64,000 nt of DNA, from contig CANRCX010000001.1 of assembly GCA_947629235.1 (NCBI GenBank), forward strand, positions 46,374-110,373, in the 5' to 3' direction. A model generated the notes under the pieces. That model saw nothing but the letters and a program-made list of their open reading frames with translations. It searched no databases and had not been told where the DNA came from. This stretch comes from an uncultured Bacilli bacterium. GTDB lineage: Bacteria; Bacillota_I; Bacilli_A; RF39; UBA660. A program made the translations under genes and the position numbers. Shown in pieces: positions 23,364-35,500 of the stretch; the first letter of the stretch is position 1, and every line of letters starts with the position of its first letter.

Positions 23364-23449
23364 ATTATTAATATTTGAATAGTAAATTTTGCTATTCATT
23401 TTTTGTTTTTTATGATATACTTAATTATGATAAGATAGTAGGTGGATAT

Positions 23450-23695
23450 ATGTTAAATAATAAAGTTTTAGTAAATTTATATTGTTTATCATTAGGTAAA
23501 ACTTTTGAAGTATATTTGCCTATAAATGAAAAAATAGGAAATATAACAAAAATATTAAATACAACATTATTTGATTCAATTGATTCATCTAGAAATTATA
23601 TGTTTTTGAATTCAGAAACTGGAAATATATATAAAAATAATGAATTGATAAGAGAAACAGATATAAAAAATGGAACAAAAATAATATTAATGTAA
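23450..23695 (+). CDS. esaB: Type VII secretion ubiquitin-like protein YukD/EsaB
   Basis: ~81 aa from ATG 23450 (AGGTGG RBS 6 nt upstream). Beta-grasp-like pattern ending …ETDIKNGTKIILM, as in YukD (…ITNGDRLEIM). Sits directly upstream of essC. Confidence 0.6.
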   Translation: MLNNKVLVNLYCLSLGKTFEVYLPINEKIGNITKILNTTLFDSIDSSRNYMFLNSETGNIYKNNELIRETDIKNGTKIILM

Positions 23696-23715
23696 GAATA
23701 AAGGGTTAGTGTGTT

Positions 23716-26700
23716 ATGAATATATATCTATTTGATGAAAATTCTATTATTACATTTTGTTTACCAAGTAAAAAAATTGGTAATTTTTGGCTTACAGATA
23801 ATGAAAATAAAAATATAGTAAATATAAAAAATGAAGATAATGATTGGATTATTAGTGGAAGCGAAAATACTAAGGTTATATTAGGAAATAATGAACAAAA
23901 AGCTATTTTAAAATCTAAAAATTATTATGCAGTTGAAAAAAATGATAAGAAATATCCTATATTTGTATATGATTCAAATGACAATACATTCAATCCATAT
24001 ATTTTTCCTGAAAATAAAACAATTAAAGTTGGTAGGATAGATGAAAATGATGTAATTGTTAATATTCCATATTTCCAAAAATTACATTTTTGTTTATCTT
24101 TAGAAAAAGGATACTATAAAATTGAAAAAATGCCTGAATCAATTATGTACTTAAATGATGAAATAATAAAAAATGATATAACCTATGCTAAAACTGGTGA
24201 TGTAATAAATGTATATGGAATAAAGTTTGTTCTTGCACACAATTTAATATTTATAAATAATCCCATTGATAGAGTATGTGTAAAAGATATTTTAGAAAAA
24301 ACATCATTTTCTGTTGATGATGAAATAACTAGTGAAGAAATAATTAATGAAGATTTATATAGTGATAAAGATTATTTTTTAAGAAGCCCAAGACTTAGAA
24401 AAATAATTGAAACATTTAAGTTAAATATTGATTCTCCACCAACAAAAGAAAATATGCAACAAATTCCATTAATTATGACTTTAGCACCAATGATTACTAT
24501 GGCAGCAAGTTCAATGGTAACTCTTTCAAATGCAATACAAACTGTAACATCTGGTGAAAAAACATGGAAACAAAATGCACCAACTTTAGTAATTTGTATT
24601 TCAATGTTATTAAGTATGCTTGTATGGCCTTTTGTAACTAGAATATATGAGCAAAAACAAAAAGAAAAAAGGGAGAATGAAAGACAAGAAAAATATAAAT
24701 CATATTTATCAAATAAAAAAGATGAATTATCAGTGGAATATAATATGCAAAAAAGAATATTAGAAGAAAATTTACTTTCTACTGATATTTGTTATGATAT
24801 GATATTAAATAAAAGAAGAACACTTTGGGAAAGAAAAATAGAAGAAAGTGACTTTTTAACAGTTAGACTTGGTAAAGGTGAAATACCATTTGATGCTGAT
24901 ATATCATATAGAAGTGAAGACTTTACAATGGATGATGATAATTTAAAAAAGATGCTTGATGAATTAATAAAGTCATATAAAACATTAACAGATGTTCCAA
25001 TAGGATACTCTTTTTCTTCTAATAAATATACAGCTGTGAGTGGACTTAATCCTAAATATGTATATTTTGTAAATAATTTATTATTACAGATGATGGCATT
25101 TCATAGCTATGATAATTTAAAATTTGTAATATTTACAAATAAAAAAAATCAAAAAAGATGGAAACATTTTAAAGACTCTCCATATTGTTTTTCTGATGAT
25201 AAATATTATAGATTTTTTGCTACTAATACAGAAGAAATGCAAGAAGTATCAAATTATTTGAAACAAATATTCAATAATAGACAAACTTTATCAAATAATG
25301 GTAGTGAAAATGAAAGAATAAATAATTTTTCTAAATTTAATACATATTATTTATTTATTATTGATGATATAGATTTAGCTAGAAAAATAGATATTGTTGA
25401 TAGTGTTTTAGATGAAAAAAAGAATTTAGGTTTTAGCATTTTAGTTATAGAAGAAAGACTATCTAAATTACCAAGTCAAATAACTAAATTTATAAATATT
25501 GGTGATAAAACATCTGTTGTTATTAACAGTGAAAATAATGATCAAATTAGATTCAATGATGAACTTAAAAATTATAATATGGATTTAGTAACAAATACAC
25601 TTATGAATTTACCATTATATATTGATAATAATATAAAACAATTGCCTAATTCAATAACATTCTTGGAGTTATTCAGTGTAGGTCAAATTGATCAATTAAA
25701 TATTCTTAATAGATGGAAAGATAATGATCCTACTAAGTCGTTAAAAGCTGAAATAGGCGTTAATGAAAATAATGATATATTTGTGTTAGATTTACATGAA
25801 AAAGCACATGGTCCACATGGACTTATTGCTGGTATGACTGGTAGTGGTAAATCAGAGTTTATAATTACTTATATACTTTCTATGGCAATTAATTATAGTC
25901 CAGAAGAAGTCGCTTTTGTATTAATTGATTATAAGGGTGGTGGTCTTGCTGGTGCTTTTGTTAATAATGAAACAAAAGAAAAATTACCACATGTAGTAGG
26001 AACAATTACAAATTTAGATAAAGCAGAAATAAATAGAGCTCTTTCAAGTATTCAAAGTGAGCTTAGAAGAAGACAAACTAAATTTAATGAAGTAAGGGAT
26101 AAATTTGGTGAAAGTACAATTGATATATACAAATATCAAAAATTATATAGAGATGGTATGATTAAGGAAGCTATTCCACATTTAATTATAGTTTGTGATG
26201 AATTTGCAGAATTAAAAGATCAACAACCAGATTTTATGGATGATTTAATTAGTACTGCTCGTATAGGTCGTTCACTTGGAGTACACTTGATTTTAGCAAC
26301 ACAAAAGCCAAGTGGAGTAGTAGATTCACAAATATGGTCTAACTCTAAGTTTAAAGTTTGTTTAAAAGTTCAAGATAAATCAGATAGTATGGAAATGATA
26401 AAGTGTGATTTGGCAGCCGAACTTAAAAATGTTGGTAGATTTTATTTACAAGTAGGATATAATGAATATTTTGCAATGGGTCAAGCTGCTTGGGCTGGAG
26501 CACAATATTATCCAAATAAGGAGTATAAAAAACCAGTCGATAAAAATATGTATTTTATAAATAATACAGGTGCTATAAAAAAAGCATTAAATAATAATTT
26601 TGCTAAAAAATTAGTAAAGTCAGAAGGAGAAGAACTTACATCTATTGTAAAATATGTAATAGATATAAGTAAAAATATTGATATAGATGTAAAACAATTA

Positions 26701-28305
26701 TGGTTAGATAGAATACCAAATAAAATATTGATTCAAGATTTATTTAACAAATATAATTATGCTAAAGAAAGATTTAATATAAATCCAATAATAGGTGAAT
26801 ATGATGATCCAGAGAATCAATTACAAGGATTACTAACTCTTCCTATAACAAGCGATGGTAATACTGTTTTATATGGAATTGCTGATAGTGGAAAAGATGA
26901 ATTTTTGTCTACTTTGGTTTATTCTATAATAATGACTTATGATACAAGTGAAGTTAATTTATATTTATTAGACTTTGGTGCTGAAACATTGATTAATTAT
27001 AGTGAAGCACCACAAGTTGGTGATGTAATATTAAATGGTAATGATGAAAAATTAGAAAATTTAGCTAAAATGTTAAATAATGAAATGAATAAAAGAAAAA
27101 AATTATTTATTTCATATAATGGAAATTATAGAGATTATATTAAAAATAGTGGGAAGACACTGCCTAATATCATTGTAATAATAAATTCTATTGAAGTACT
27201 TACTGATACTTATCAAGATTATATAGATAAATTAATACCTGTAGTAAGAGAAGGAAGTAAATACGGAATTAACTTTGTAGTAACAACAAGTAGTCAAAAT
27301 AATATTAAGTTTAAAATAGCACAAGCTTGTAAACAAATTTTAACTCTTCAATTAAACAATGAAAGTGACTATAGAGATTTGTTAGGAAAAACAAATGGGC
27401 TTATACCATCTTCATGTTTAGGAAGAGGACTTGTCAAATTAGATAGAGTATTAGAATTTCAAACAGCTTTTATAACTAATGATGAAAGTTCATTTGTTAA
27501 AATAAAAGAATTAATAAGTTTACTTAATGAAAAAGGTATTAATAAAGCAAGAGAAATACCAGTTATGCCAGATATTATTAAATTAGATAGATTTAAAGAT
27601 AAATATTTAGGTATAGATACAATACCAATTGGATTAACTAAAGAAACATTAGTATCAAGTTTATATGATTATTCTAAAAATGTTGTTAATATTATTTCTT
27701 CTAATGAAATGGAAAGTATGAGAGAATTTATATTAAATTATTTAAAACTTATTGAACAAAATAGTAATAAGTTTAATAGAGTAGTAATAGATGCATGTAA
27801 TTATTTTGAAAACTTTAATTATAATATAAATTTAATAAATGATAAATTTGATTCTGCAATTGATTCATTAAAGAAAATTGATGATAGTTTCCAACAAATA
27901 ATTGAGAAAAACAATATGAATTTAAGAAGTGTTAAAAATCAAATGAATAGTTTAATAATTATAATTGGATTTGATAAATTCTTAACTAGATTAGATGATG
28001 CTCATAAAGAAATGTTTAAAAATATTTTGAAAAATCAAAAAGAAATTTTAAAATTATCATTTGTATTAATTGATATACCATCTGCATTTAAAAAATATGA
28101 ATATGAAGAATGGTATAAAGATAGCATTACTGGAAACGATGGATTATGGATTGGAAATAATATTTCACAACAATTTGTTATCAAAACAACAATTCAACCA
28201 AATAGTATTAATAATATTGGAAATGGTTATGCAGTTTCAGTTAAAAATGGTATGCCAATTGTTATAAAATTAATAAATGAAATAAAAGTCAAAAAAAGAG
28301 AATAA
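23716..28305 (+). CDS. essC: Type VII secretion system ATPase EssC/YukB (FtsK/SpoIIIE family)
   Basis: 1529 aa. N-terminal FHA-like region. Two TM helices (~aa 250-300). First ATPase domain with HGPHGLIAGMTGSGKSE Walker A and LIIVCDEFAEL Walker B. Two further degenerate P-loop domains (GIADSGKDEF…). Confidence 0.85.
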   Translation: MNIYLFDENSIITFCLPSKKIGNFWLTDNENKNIVNIKNEDNDWIISGSENTKVILGNNEQKAILKSKNYYAVEKNDKKYPIFVYDSNDNTFNPYIFPENKTIKVGRIDENDVIVNIPYFQKLHFCLSLEKGYYKIEKMPESIMYLNDEIIKNDITYAKTGDVINVYGIKFVLAHNLIFINNPIDRVCVKDILEKTSFSVDDEITSEEIINEDLYSDKDYFLRSPRLRKIIETFKLNIDSPPTKENMQQIPLIMTLAPMITMAASSMVTLSNAIQTVTSGEKTWKQNAPTLVICISMLLSMLVWPFVTRIYEQKQKEKRENERQEKYKSYLSNKKDELSVEYNMQKRILEENLLSTDICYDMILNKRRTLWERKIEESDFLTVRLGKGEIPFDADISYRSEDFTMDDDNLKKMLDELIKSYKTLTDVPIGYSFSSNKYTAVSGLNPKYVYFVNNLLLQMMAFHSYDNLKFVIFTNKKNQKRWKHFKDSPYCFSDDKYYRFFATNTEEMQEVSNYLKQIFNNRQTLSNNGSENERINNFSKFNTYYLFIIDDIDLARKIDIVDSVLDEKKNLGFSILVIEERLSKLPSQITKFINIGDKTSVVINSENNDQIRFNDELKNYNMDLVTNTLMNLPLYIDNNIKQLPNSITFLELFSVGQIDQLNILNRWKDNDPTKSLKAEIGVNENNDIFVLDLHEKAHGPHGLIAGMTGSGKSEFIITYILSMAINYSPEEVAFVLIDYKGGGLAGAFVNNETKEKLPHVVGTITNLDKAEINRALSSIQSELRRRQTKFNEVRDKFGESTIDIYKYQKLYRDGMIKEAIPHLIIVCDEFAELKDQQPDFMDDLISTARIGRSLGVHLILATQKPSGVVDSQIWSNSKFKVCLKVQDKSDSMEMIKCDLAAELKNVGRFYLQVGYNEYFAMGQAAWAGAQYYPNKEYKKPVDKNMYFINNTGAIKKALNNNFAKKLVKSEGEELTSIVKYVIDISKNIDIDVKQLWLDRIPNKILIQDLFNKYNYAKERFNINPIIGEYDDPENQLQGLLTLPITSDGNTVLYGIADSGKDEFLSTLVYSIIMTYDTSEVNLYLLDFGAETLINYSEAPQVGDVILNGNDEKLENLAKMLNNEMNKRKKLFISYNGNYRDYIKNSGKTLPNIIVIINSIEVLTDTYQDYIDKLIPVVREGSKYGINFVVTTSSQNNIKFKIAQACKQILTLQLNNESDYRDLLGKTNGLIPSSCLGRGLVKLDRVLEFQTAFITNDESSFVKIKELISLLNEKGINKAREIPVMPDIIKLDRFKDKYLGIDTIPIGLTKETLVSSLYDYSKNVVNIISSNEMESMREFILNYLKLIEQNSNKFNRVVIDACNYFENFNYNINLINDKFDSAIDSLKKIDDSFQQIIEKNNMNLRSVKNQMNSLIIIIGFDKFLTRLDDAHKEMFKNILKNQKEILKLSFVLIDIPSAFKKYEYEEWYKDSITGNDGLWIGNNISQQFVIKTTIQPNSINNIGNGYAVSVKNGMPIVIKLINEIKVKKRE

Positions 28306-28425
28306 ATTTATTTAAAAAACTACAATTTTTTACAAATAAGTTTTATTCTTTTTGCTGATTAAATTAAAATTACTTTACAATAAAAACCAAATATTGTAAA
28401 CTTATTATAGGAGGTAAAATGATAT

Positions 28426-29043
28426 ATGAATCATAAAGTAAATAATGTACAAAATTTATTTGATGATGCTCGAACTTTGTATATGTCTGTAGTTACAGGT
28501 GGGGCTCCTTATTCTGCTGATACAATAATTACTAATTTATCAACTGGAATTGATATATTAAAAAATTGTTGGTTTGGTAAAGATGCTGGAGTTCAAATTC
28601 AAAATTTAGTAGTTGTTCATAATGCAATGGTTGCAGTAAGAAATTCTTTAGGATTTTTAGCTGAAACTACTACTAAAATTGCATCTAATTATAGAGAAAT
28701 ACAAAATTCTAATGGTGCAGGTCTTGAAACATTAGTTCCAGTTACAAATGAAAATAGAACAATTCTTGGTAGCTATAGTGATATGAGAGATACTATTAAC
28801 ATTTCTCCAGAAGCAAATAATGGAAATCAAAAAGTTGTAGCTGCAAATGGTGAAATTGATAATTTCATTAGTAATGTAAGAAAATATTTTGACCAAATTA
28901 TGAATAATTGGACAGCTGGACCTGGAAGAGAAGAATTTCAAAATGAATTTAATACTTTTGTAAGTAGTGCAAATAAATACAAATCAGTATTAAATGAAGC
29001 ATCACAAAGTATAGCAACTGCTATAAAAAATTATGGAATGTAA
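28426..29043 (+). CDS. WXG-motif helical protein; candidate T7SS substrate or toxin chaperone (WXG100/Lap-like)
   Basis: 205 aa, helical. W-x-G motif in KNCWFGKDAG near residue 50. Located immediately 3' of essC and 5' of the giant toxin. Strong AGGAGG RBS. Confidence 0.4.
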   Translation: MNHKVNNVQNLFDDARTLYMSVVTGGAPYSADTIITNLSTGIDILKNCWFGKDAGVQIQNLVVVHNAMVAVRNSLGFLAETTTKIASNYREIQNSNGAGLETLVPVTNENRTILGSYSDMRDTINISPEANNGNQKVVAANGEIDNFISNVRKYFDQIMNNWTAGPGREEFQNEFNTFVSSANKYKSVLNEASQSIATAIKNYGM

Positions 29044-29048
29044 TAATA

Positions 29049-29072
29049 AGAAGCAATTTTGCTTCTTATTTC
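29049..29072 (+). terminator. Weak terminator-like hairpin
   Basis: AAGAAGCA-attt-TGCTTCTT followed by ATTTCC (short U-tract). Confidence 0.35.
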
Positions 29073-29124
29073 CTAAGTTGAATAGTATATATTCTATTTA
29101 GGAAATAAGAAGGAGAGTGATATT

Positions 29125-29568
29125 ATGGCATCTTCATCATATTGGGCAGGAAGACTAAATGAAGCAAAAGCATTAAAGGCAAAAGCAGAAGAAAGATTAA
29201 AAAAATTAGAAGAACTAAAAGGAAAAATAGATCCAATTCCAGAAGCATTAGAATCAGTAATTGATACTTTTCAAAAAATAGGATTTAGTTTATCTGCAGT
29301 TTGTCCAGCTGGTTATCCAATAGATAATGGAAGTTATAATAAAAATGCAGATGATTTGCAGACTGCAGAAAGTGATTATCTTTCATTAATAAGTGAATGT
29401 GCCAATCAAATAGAGGCTGAGAGACTCGATATTAGAGATTTTGATAATTCGATTACATACTATCAAAATCAATATGATATAGCTGTTGAAGCAGAAAGAC
29501 AGGCATATTTAGCATCATTACAAAATGCGAATAATAGTAAAAAGAATAATACTAGTACAAAAAAATGA
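29125..29568 (+). CDS. Small helical hypothetical protein (possible toxin-associated accessory)
   Basis: 147 aa, predicted coiled-coil/helical. AGGAG RBS. Sits between the WXG protein and the toxin gene. Confidence 0.45.
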   Translation: MASSSYWAGRLNEAKALKAKAEERLKKLEELKGKIDPIPEALESVIDTFQKIGFSLSAVCPAGYPIDNGSYNKNADDLQTAESDYLSLISECANQIEAERLDIRDFDNSITYYQNQYDIAVEAERQAYLASLQNANNSKKNNTSTKK

Positions 29569-29589
29569 AAAAAATAAATAGGAGTTAAT

Positions 29590-32500
29590 ATGAGATGCAT
29601 AAATTGTGGAAAAGAAATAGATGTTAGTTATGGAATGGTAATGTGTCCATATTGTGGAAGAATATTGGATGATAAAATAGATAAAACAGATTATGAAAAT
29701 GCATATAATGAATTTTCAAACGAAAGAGAAGAATTAAAAAAAAACAATAAAGATAATGATAAGCCAATAACAAATGAATTTAATAAAATGGATGATAATA
29801 CCAAACTAAAAAAAGCTATTGTAGGTGGACTAGCAACTACTGCTTTTGCAGCAAGTGCTGGAAGTCTTTATGCTGCAAATAAAAATATTAACAAAAGTAA
29901 TAAAGAAAACAAAAATAAAACTTTTCCAGATGATAATATTAACAATGTTGTTATAAATGATAACGATGAAATAGAAGAAAATGCAGACAATATATTAGAT
30001 GATGATTTATTTGATTCTAACGATGTGACTAATGAAGAAGACAATATAATAGTTGATAATAATGAAAATTTAGATACAAATAATAGTAGCCAAGCAGCTA
30101 AAGATAATGGTATAGATTATAACCCAAATGCAACTCCTTCTAAACCAAAAAAAAGTACTTCAAAAAAAGTAACATCCAAATCAAATAATAACAAAAATTC
30201 AACTACTACTTCAAAAGATGAAAATAGTAATGATAATAATTTAAATAATGAAGATCAAATAATAACAGATGAAAATATATCAGAAAACGAACAAGATTCA
30301 TCATCAGAAGAAACAGAAGATGATATATTTAAAAATCCAAATGAAGATGATGATACATCAAATAACGAACCTGATATAGATTCTGATAAATCAGATGAGA
30401 ATATTACTGATAATGAAGAATCTAATATCGATACATCAGAAGAAGGATTTGAAAATTTATCTCCATATCCAGCAACTACAATATCAAATAATACTAATTA
30501 TACAAATGATTCGTCATATAATAGTTCATCATTTTCGGTAGATTATTTTCATCTAGAAAATGCTATATCTTTAATAAATAATGCAAATGATTCTTTTAGT
30601 AATATAGTATCATTAACTTCTGATATAAATACTGACGGATTAAATTTACAAACATCTGTAGCCTCAGCTAATGCTACTATAGAAAAATGTTTTGGAAATG
30701 CATCTGGAAGTAAAGTTGGAGTTTCTGCTGGTACGGCATCTCAATTAAACAAATTAAGATCAGATTTACAAAAAATGGATCCAGATTATGATTTTAATTA
30801 TGATTATTATAAATATATGAATTTAGGTTATTTATCAGAGCAAGAAGGATGGAATTCTGATGAATTTAAAAAACAAGAAAGTAGTTTAGAATCAAGTTTA
30901 AGAAGTGAAATAGGAGAAAGAAAAAAAGAGTATGAAGGAAATACTAAAAAGATAGAATTTTTAGACCAAGTTATTGAATCAATAGATATTCAAAATGAGG
31001 CATTCGAAAATTATTATAAAAATTTAGTTGATATTGAAACATTTACTGCTGTAAATCAGTACGTATCTGATAGAATGAATGATTCTACTATACCTGCTAA
31101 TTCTACATATGAAAAATATATTGATGAAAAAGTACAAGAATTAAAAGATTTGAATGCAGAAAATGAAAAAAAATATAATGAATTAGAGAAGGCTAAGCAA
31201 AAAAATAAAAATGATATAAATACTAAAAATGGAACAGAAAATACTTCTTCTGAAGAAGAACTTACTGTTTCAAAATACTCTGATGGAACATATGCATATT
31301 TAGATGAACAAAGCTTACAATTATTACAATATTATACTAATTATAAGTATTTAAATGCATGTAATGAGAGTAATTCAATTTCATCAATCCAAAGTCAAAT
31401 ATCATCATTAGAAACTAAATTAAAAATGAATCAAGATAGTTTGAATTCTGGAATTGTTTATGAGAATGGTTATCCAACTGTTATGTCTAATGATGAAAAA
31501 ACTGAATTAGAAAATATAAATAAAAAATTAAGTCAAGAAAAAGATGATTTAAATAATAGAATTAATCAAATAAATGAATCTTTTGAAAGTATTCTTAAAG
31601 ATTATTATGATGCTAATGCTGAATCAATTTATAGAATACCAGAAATAAATAGAAAACCTGAACAAAAAGATTTCTTACTTTCAAGAGATAGTTATGTTGC
31701 AACTTTACAACAAAAAGATTTGAGAAATGAAATTCAAGAATATCAACAATATATAGAAGATATACAAGAAGAAATAGATAGTTTATCAGAAAAAGCAGCA
31801 GGAGCATATGCAACAAATGTATCTTATAATAGTTCAGAATATTCTGGAATAAATTATTATGCAAATTATAAAGCTGCTTTAAAATATGGATATGGTTTAG
31901 AGTATTTAGATGAAAAAGAACAAGCTAGATATAAATTTTTATTAGAAACTGTTTCTTCACTTGAAGAAAAAAGTGCCATTGCTTTAGATGCAAATAATAA
32001 ATTAGAAGAATTAAAACAACAATTAATAATGCAAAGAAGTGATTATAGTAAGTATTCTAATTTTAATAATATAAAAGTAGAAAATGGATTTTTTGGTGGT
32101 TTAGTTTTTAGAGATGCTACCACTAATGAAAAATTAGATTTGTCTAAAGAAGAACAAGCTGTAATTTTAGCAATGAAAGGCAGTAACTCTACAAATGGTA
32201 CAGTAAATGAATATATAAATTATTTAAAAAACGGAAGTGAAAATTTATCTTATGATGCTTTAGGTGTTATAGCATATAATATGAATAAATCAAAAGAATT
32301 TGAGGGATATGATTCTAACTTTGCTTCTAGTTTTGATTATCTTTATGATCAAGGTGCAAGAATACTTGGAAAACAAATGGCAGATGAATTTACTACTAGA
32401 TTAGATAATTGTCCTGATATATTTGATTGGGTTTTAGTTGCAGATGAGGCATTAGAAGATGGATTGACTGGTTTCTTCCGTGGATTTAAAAATATATTTT

Positions 32501-35500
32501 GTGCGGATGGAAGAGCAGATGCTAGAGATTATAAACCAATGTTTATAACAGATTATATTAATAATTCTGATCAATATTGTGGACTTTATAAAACAATTCT
32601 TACAAGTGAATATGAAATTACAAATAGTATAGGAAATATGTTACCATCTATGTTAGTTACTTTAATACCTGTTGTTGGTCCTGCTGTTGGTTTAATTTCT
32701 TTAGGTGTTTCTGCTGCAGGTAATGCTAGAGAACAAGGATTACAACAAGGCATGAGTCAAGCTTCAGCGTGGATGTATGGTGTTCTATCTGGTGCTTCTG
32801 AAGCTTTACTTGAGAAGTTCCTCGGAGGTATTCCTGGTCTTTCAGATATGTCAAATGTTGTTGGAGTTCATGGACTTGCAAGAATATTTAAGGCTGGATG
32901 TAGTGAAGCTAGAGAAGAAATGTTACAAGAATTCTTGGATCCAATATTTAAATTTGTATCAACAGGTGGAGAAATAAGAGAAAATATAAGTGTAGAAAAT
33001 ATTTTAAAAGCTGGAATTTATGCTTTTATAACTGCAGGAATTTTAAATGGTGGAAATGTAGCATTTGAAGGAGTTTCATATAGATTAACAGGAGATTATT
33101 TAGCTCTTGGTACTTTAGCATCTTTAAATACAAATAGTGATTTATCTATAAAAGAAAATATTAAAAATTTCTTAAGAGATTTAAATGAATTCCAAAATAG
33201 GGATATTAAGTCTCTTGAAGAAAGCTTAATGGAAAATGAAGAAGTAAAAGCTGCTTATGAAGCTGCTAAGGCTGGTAAAGGTGATCTTGCATTTAATGAT
33301 TTTGTATCTAGAATTGTAGTTGAACAAGTTGTTAGTGAAAATAATGCATTATCACAAGAGTTATCTGAAGAAATTAAACAAAAAACAAAAGATTTACAAG
33401 ATTTAAGAAATAAAAATATTGATGGTAGATATAATGAAGATATAAGTAAATTAGAAAGTGAAATAAATGATTTAACAGAGCAAAGAAAATCTATTTATGA
33501 TAATGATATGACAATTCAAGATTCAATAGAAAGAGCAAAAGAAAAAGCTGTTCAAAATATCGATGACTTAATAAGAAGAAATAACAAGCATTTAGCAAAA
33601 GATTTATCAGAAGTATCAGCTGAAAATCTAATAGAATATTTAAATAATACAGAAATAACAGCAGAAAAAATAAAAGTGTTATTTGATAATATTAGTGAAG
33701 AAAAAATAAATAAGATATTAGAAGAAAAACCAGAATTAAAAGCATTATTAGAAGAAAATAGTACTGAAAGTACTGATGCAAGTGTAATAAATCATGAGTT
33801 GATAGATAAATTTAAAGCAACTAAAAATTATGCAGAAAAAATAGAATTAATAGAACAAATGAGTTCAGAAGAAATAGTACAATTATTAAAAGAAGACTCA
33901 CAAGCAAAATTAGTACTAGGAAAAATAAAAGATAATGCGAAATTAGCAGATGTAATAAACAAATCAAATTCAGAAGTACTAAATTCAATTTTTGGTCCAC
34001 CATTAAATGAATATTCTGATACAACAACACAATTAAAGGAAACATTAAAAGCAAAATTAAAAGGCCAAGCATTATTTGAAGGAACTATAAATAAATTAAG
34101 AGAATTAGGAATAGAAATAGAAGAAAGTGAAGAACAAATAGAAACTTCAGATGATACAACGGCTGAACCAACTTCTGAAATAGTAGATCATCATGATGCA
34201 ACAACTGAAGAAAGTGAGTCAAAAACTCTACCAAAAAGTGATAATAGTACTGAAAGTACTGATGCAAGCGTAATAAGTCATGAATTGATAGATAAATTTA
34301 AAGCAACTAAAAATTATGCAGAAAAAATAGAATTAATAGAACAAATGAGTTCAGAAGAAATAGTACAATTATTAAAAGAAGACTCACAAGCAAAATTAGT
34401 ACTAGGAAAAATAAAAGATAATGCGAAATTAGCAGATGTAATAAACAAATCAAATTCAGAAGTACTAAATTCAATTTTTGGTACACAATTAAATGAATAT
34501 TCTGATACAACAACACAATTAAAGGAAACATTAAAAGAAAAATTAAAAGGTCAAACATTATTTGAAGGAACTATAAATAAATTAAGAGAATTAGGAATAG
34601 AGATTGAAGAAAGTGAAAAAACAAGTCATGAATTGATAGATAAATTTAAAGCAACTAAAAATTATGCAGAAAAAATAGAATTAATAGAACAAATGAGTTC
34701 AGAAGAAATAGTACAATTATTAAAAGAAGACTCACAAGCAAAATTAGTACTAGGAAAAATAAAAGATAATGCAAAATTAGCAGATGTAATAAACAAATCA
34801 AATTCAGAAGTATTAAATTCAATTTTTGCTACACAATTAAATGAACATTCTGATGCAACAACACAATTAAAGGAAACATTAAAAGCAAAATTAAAAGGTC
34901 AAACATTATTTGAAGGAACTATAAATAAATTAAGAGAATTAGGAATAGAAATAGAAGAAAGTGAAAAACAAGTAGAAATTGCACATGATATAACAACAGA
35001 ACAAACATCTGAAATAGTAGATCATCAAGATACAACAACTGATAAAGCAGCAGAAGAAACAGATCATCAAGATACAACAACTGATAAAGCAGCAGAAGAA
35101 ACAGATCATCAAGATGCAACAATTAAACCAACACCAGAAGAAACAGATCATCAAGATGCAACAATTGAACCAACACCAGATGAAGCAGGTCAACAAGATG
35201 CAACAATTGAACCAACACCAGATGAAGCAGAACAACATGATACAATAATTGAACCAACAATAGAAGATGCAGGTCAACATGATGCATTAACAGATGCAAC
35301 AGCAAAAGTAGATGAGGCACATGATGTAGTAACAGATGCAGCAGAACAAGTAAAAGAAGCAGAGAATTTAGTGGATTCTTCATCTGAAAATAATCAAGCA
35401 TCTGTTCCACCAGTTCCACCAATAGTAGATATTGACTCAAATGCAAATCAATCACCTATAAAGATGGAAATATCTGAATTTTTAGCAAAATATAAAGGCT

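Noticed and set aside
28306-28425. Inverted repeat TTTACAATA…TATTGTAAA between essC and the WXG-protein gene
   Set aside because: AT-only short stem without a U-tract. It more likely overlaps a promoter than forms a terminator, and is not supportable as a discrete feature.
33821-35455. Multiple minus-strand ORFs (83 aa ×2 identical, 60, 67, 113, 110 aa) within the toxin gene
   Set aside because: Leu/Cys-rich low-complexity artefacts of the antisense of tandem repeats. The two identical ORFs simply mirror repeat copies.
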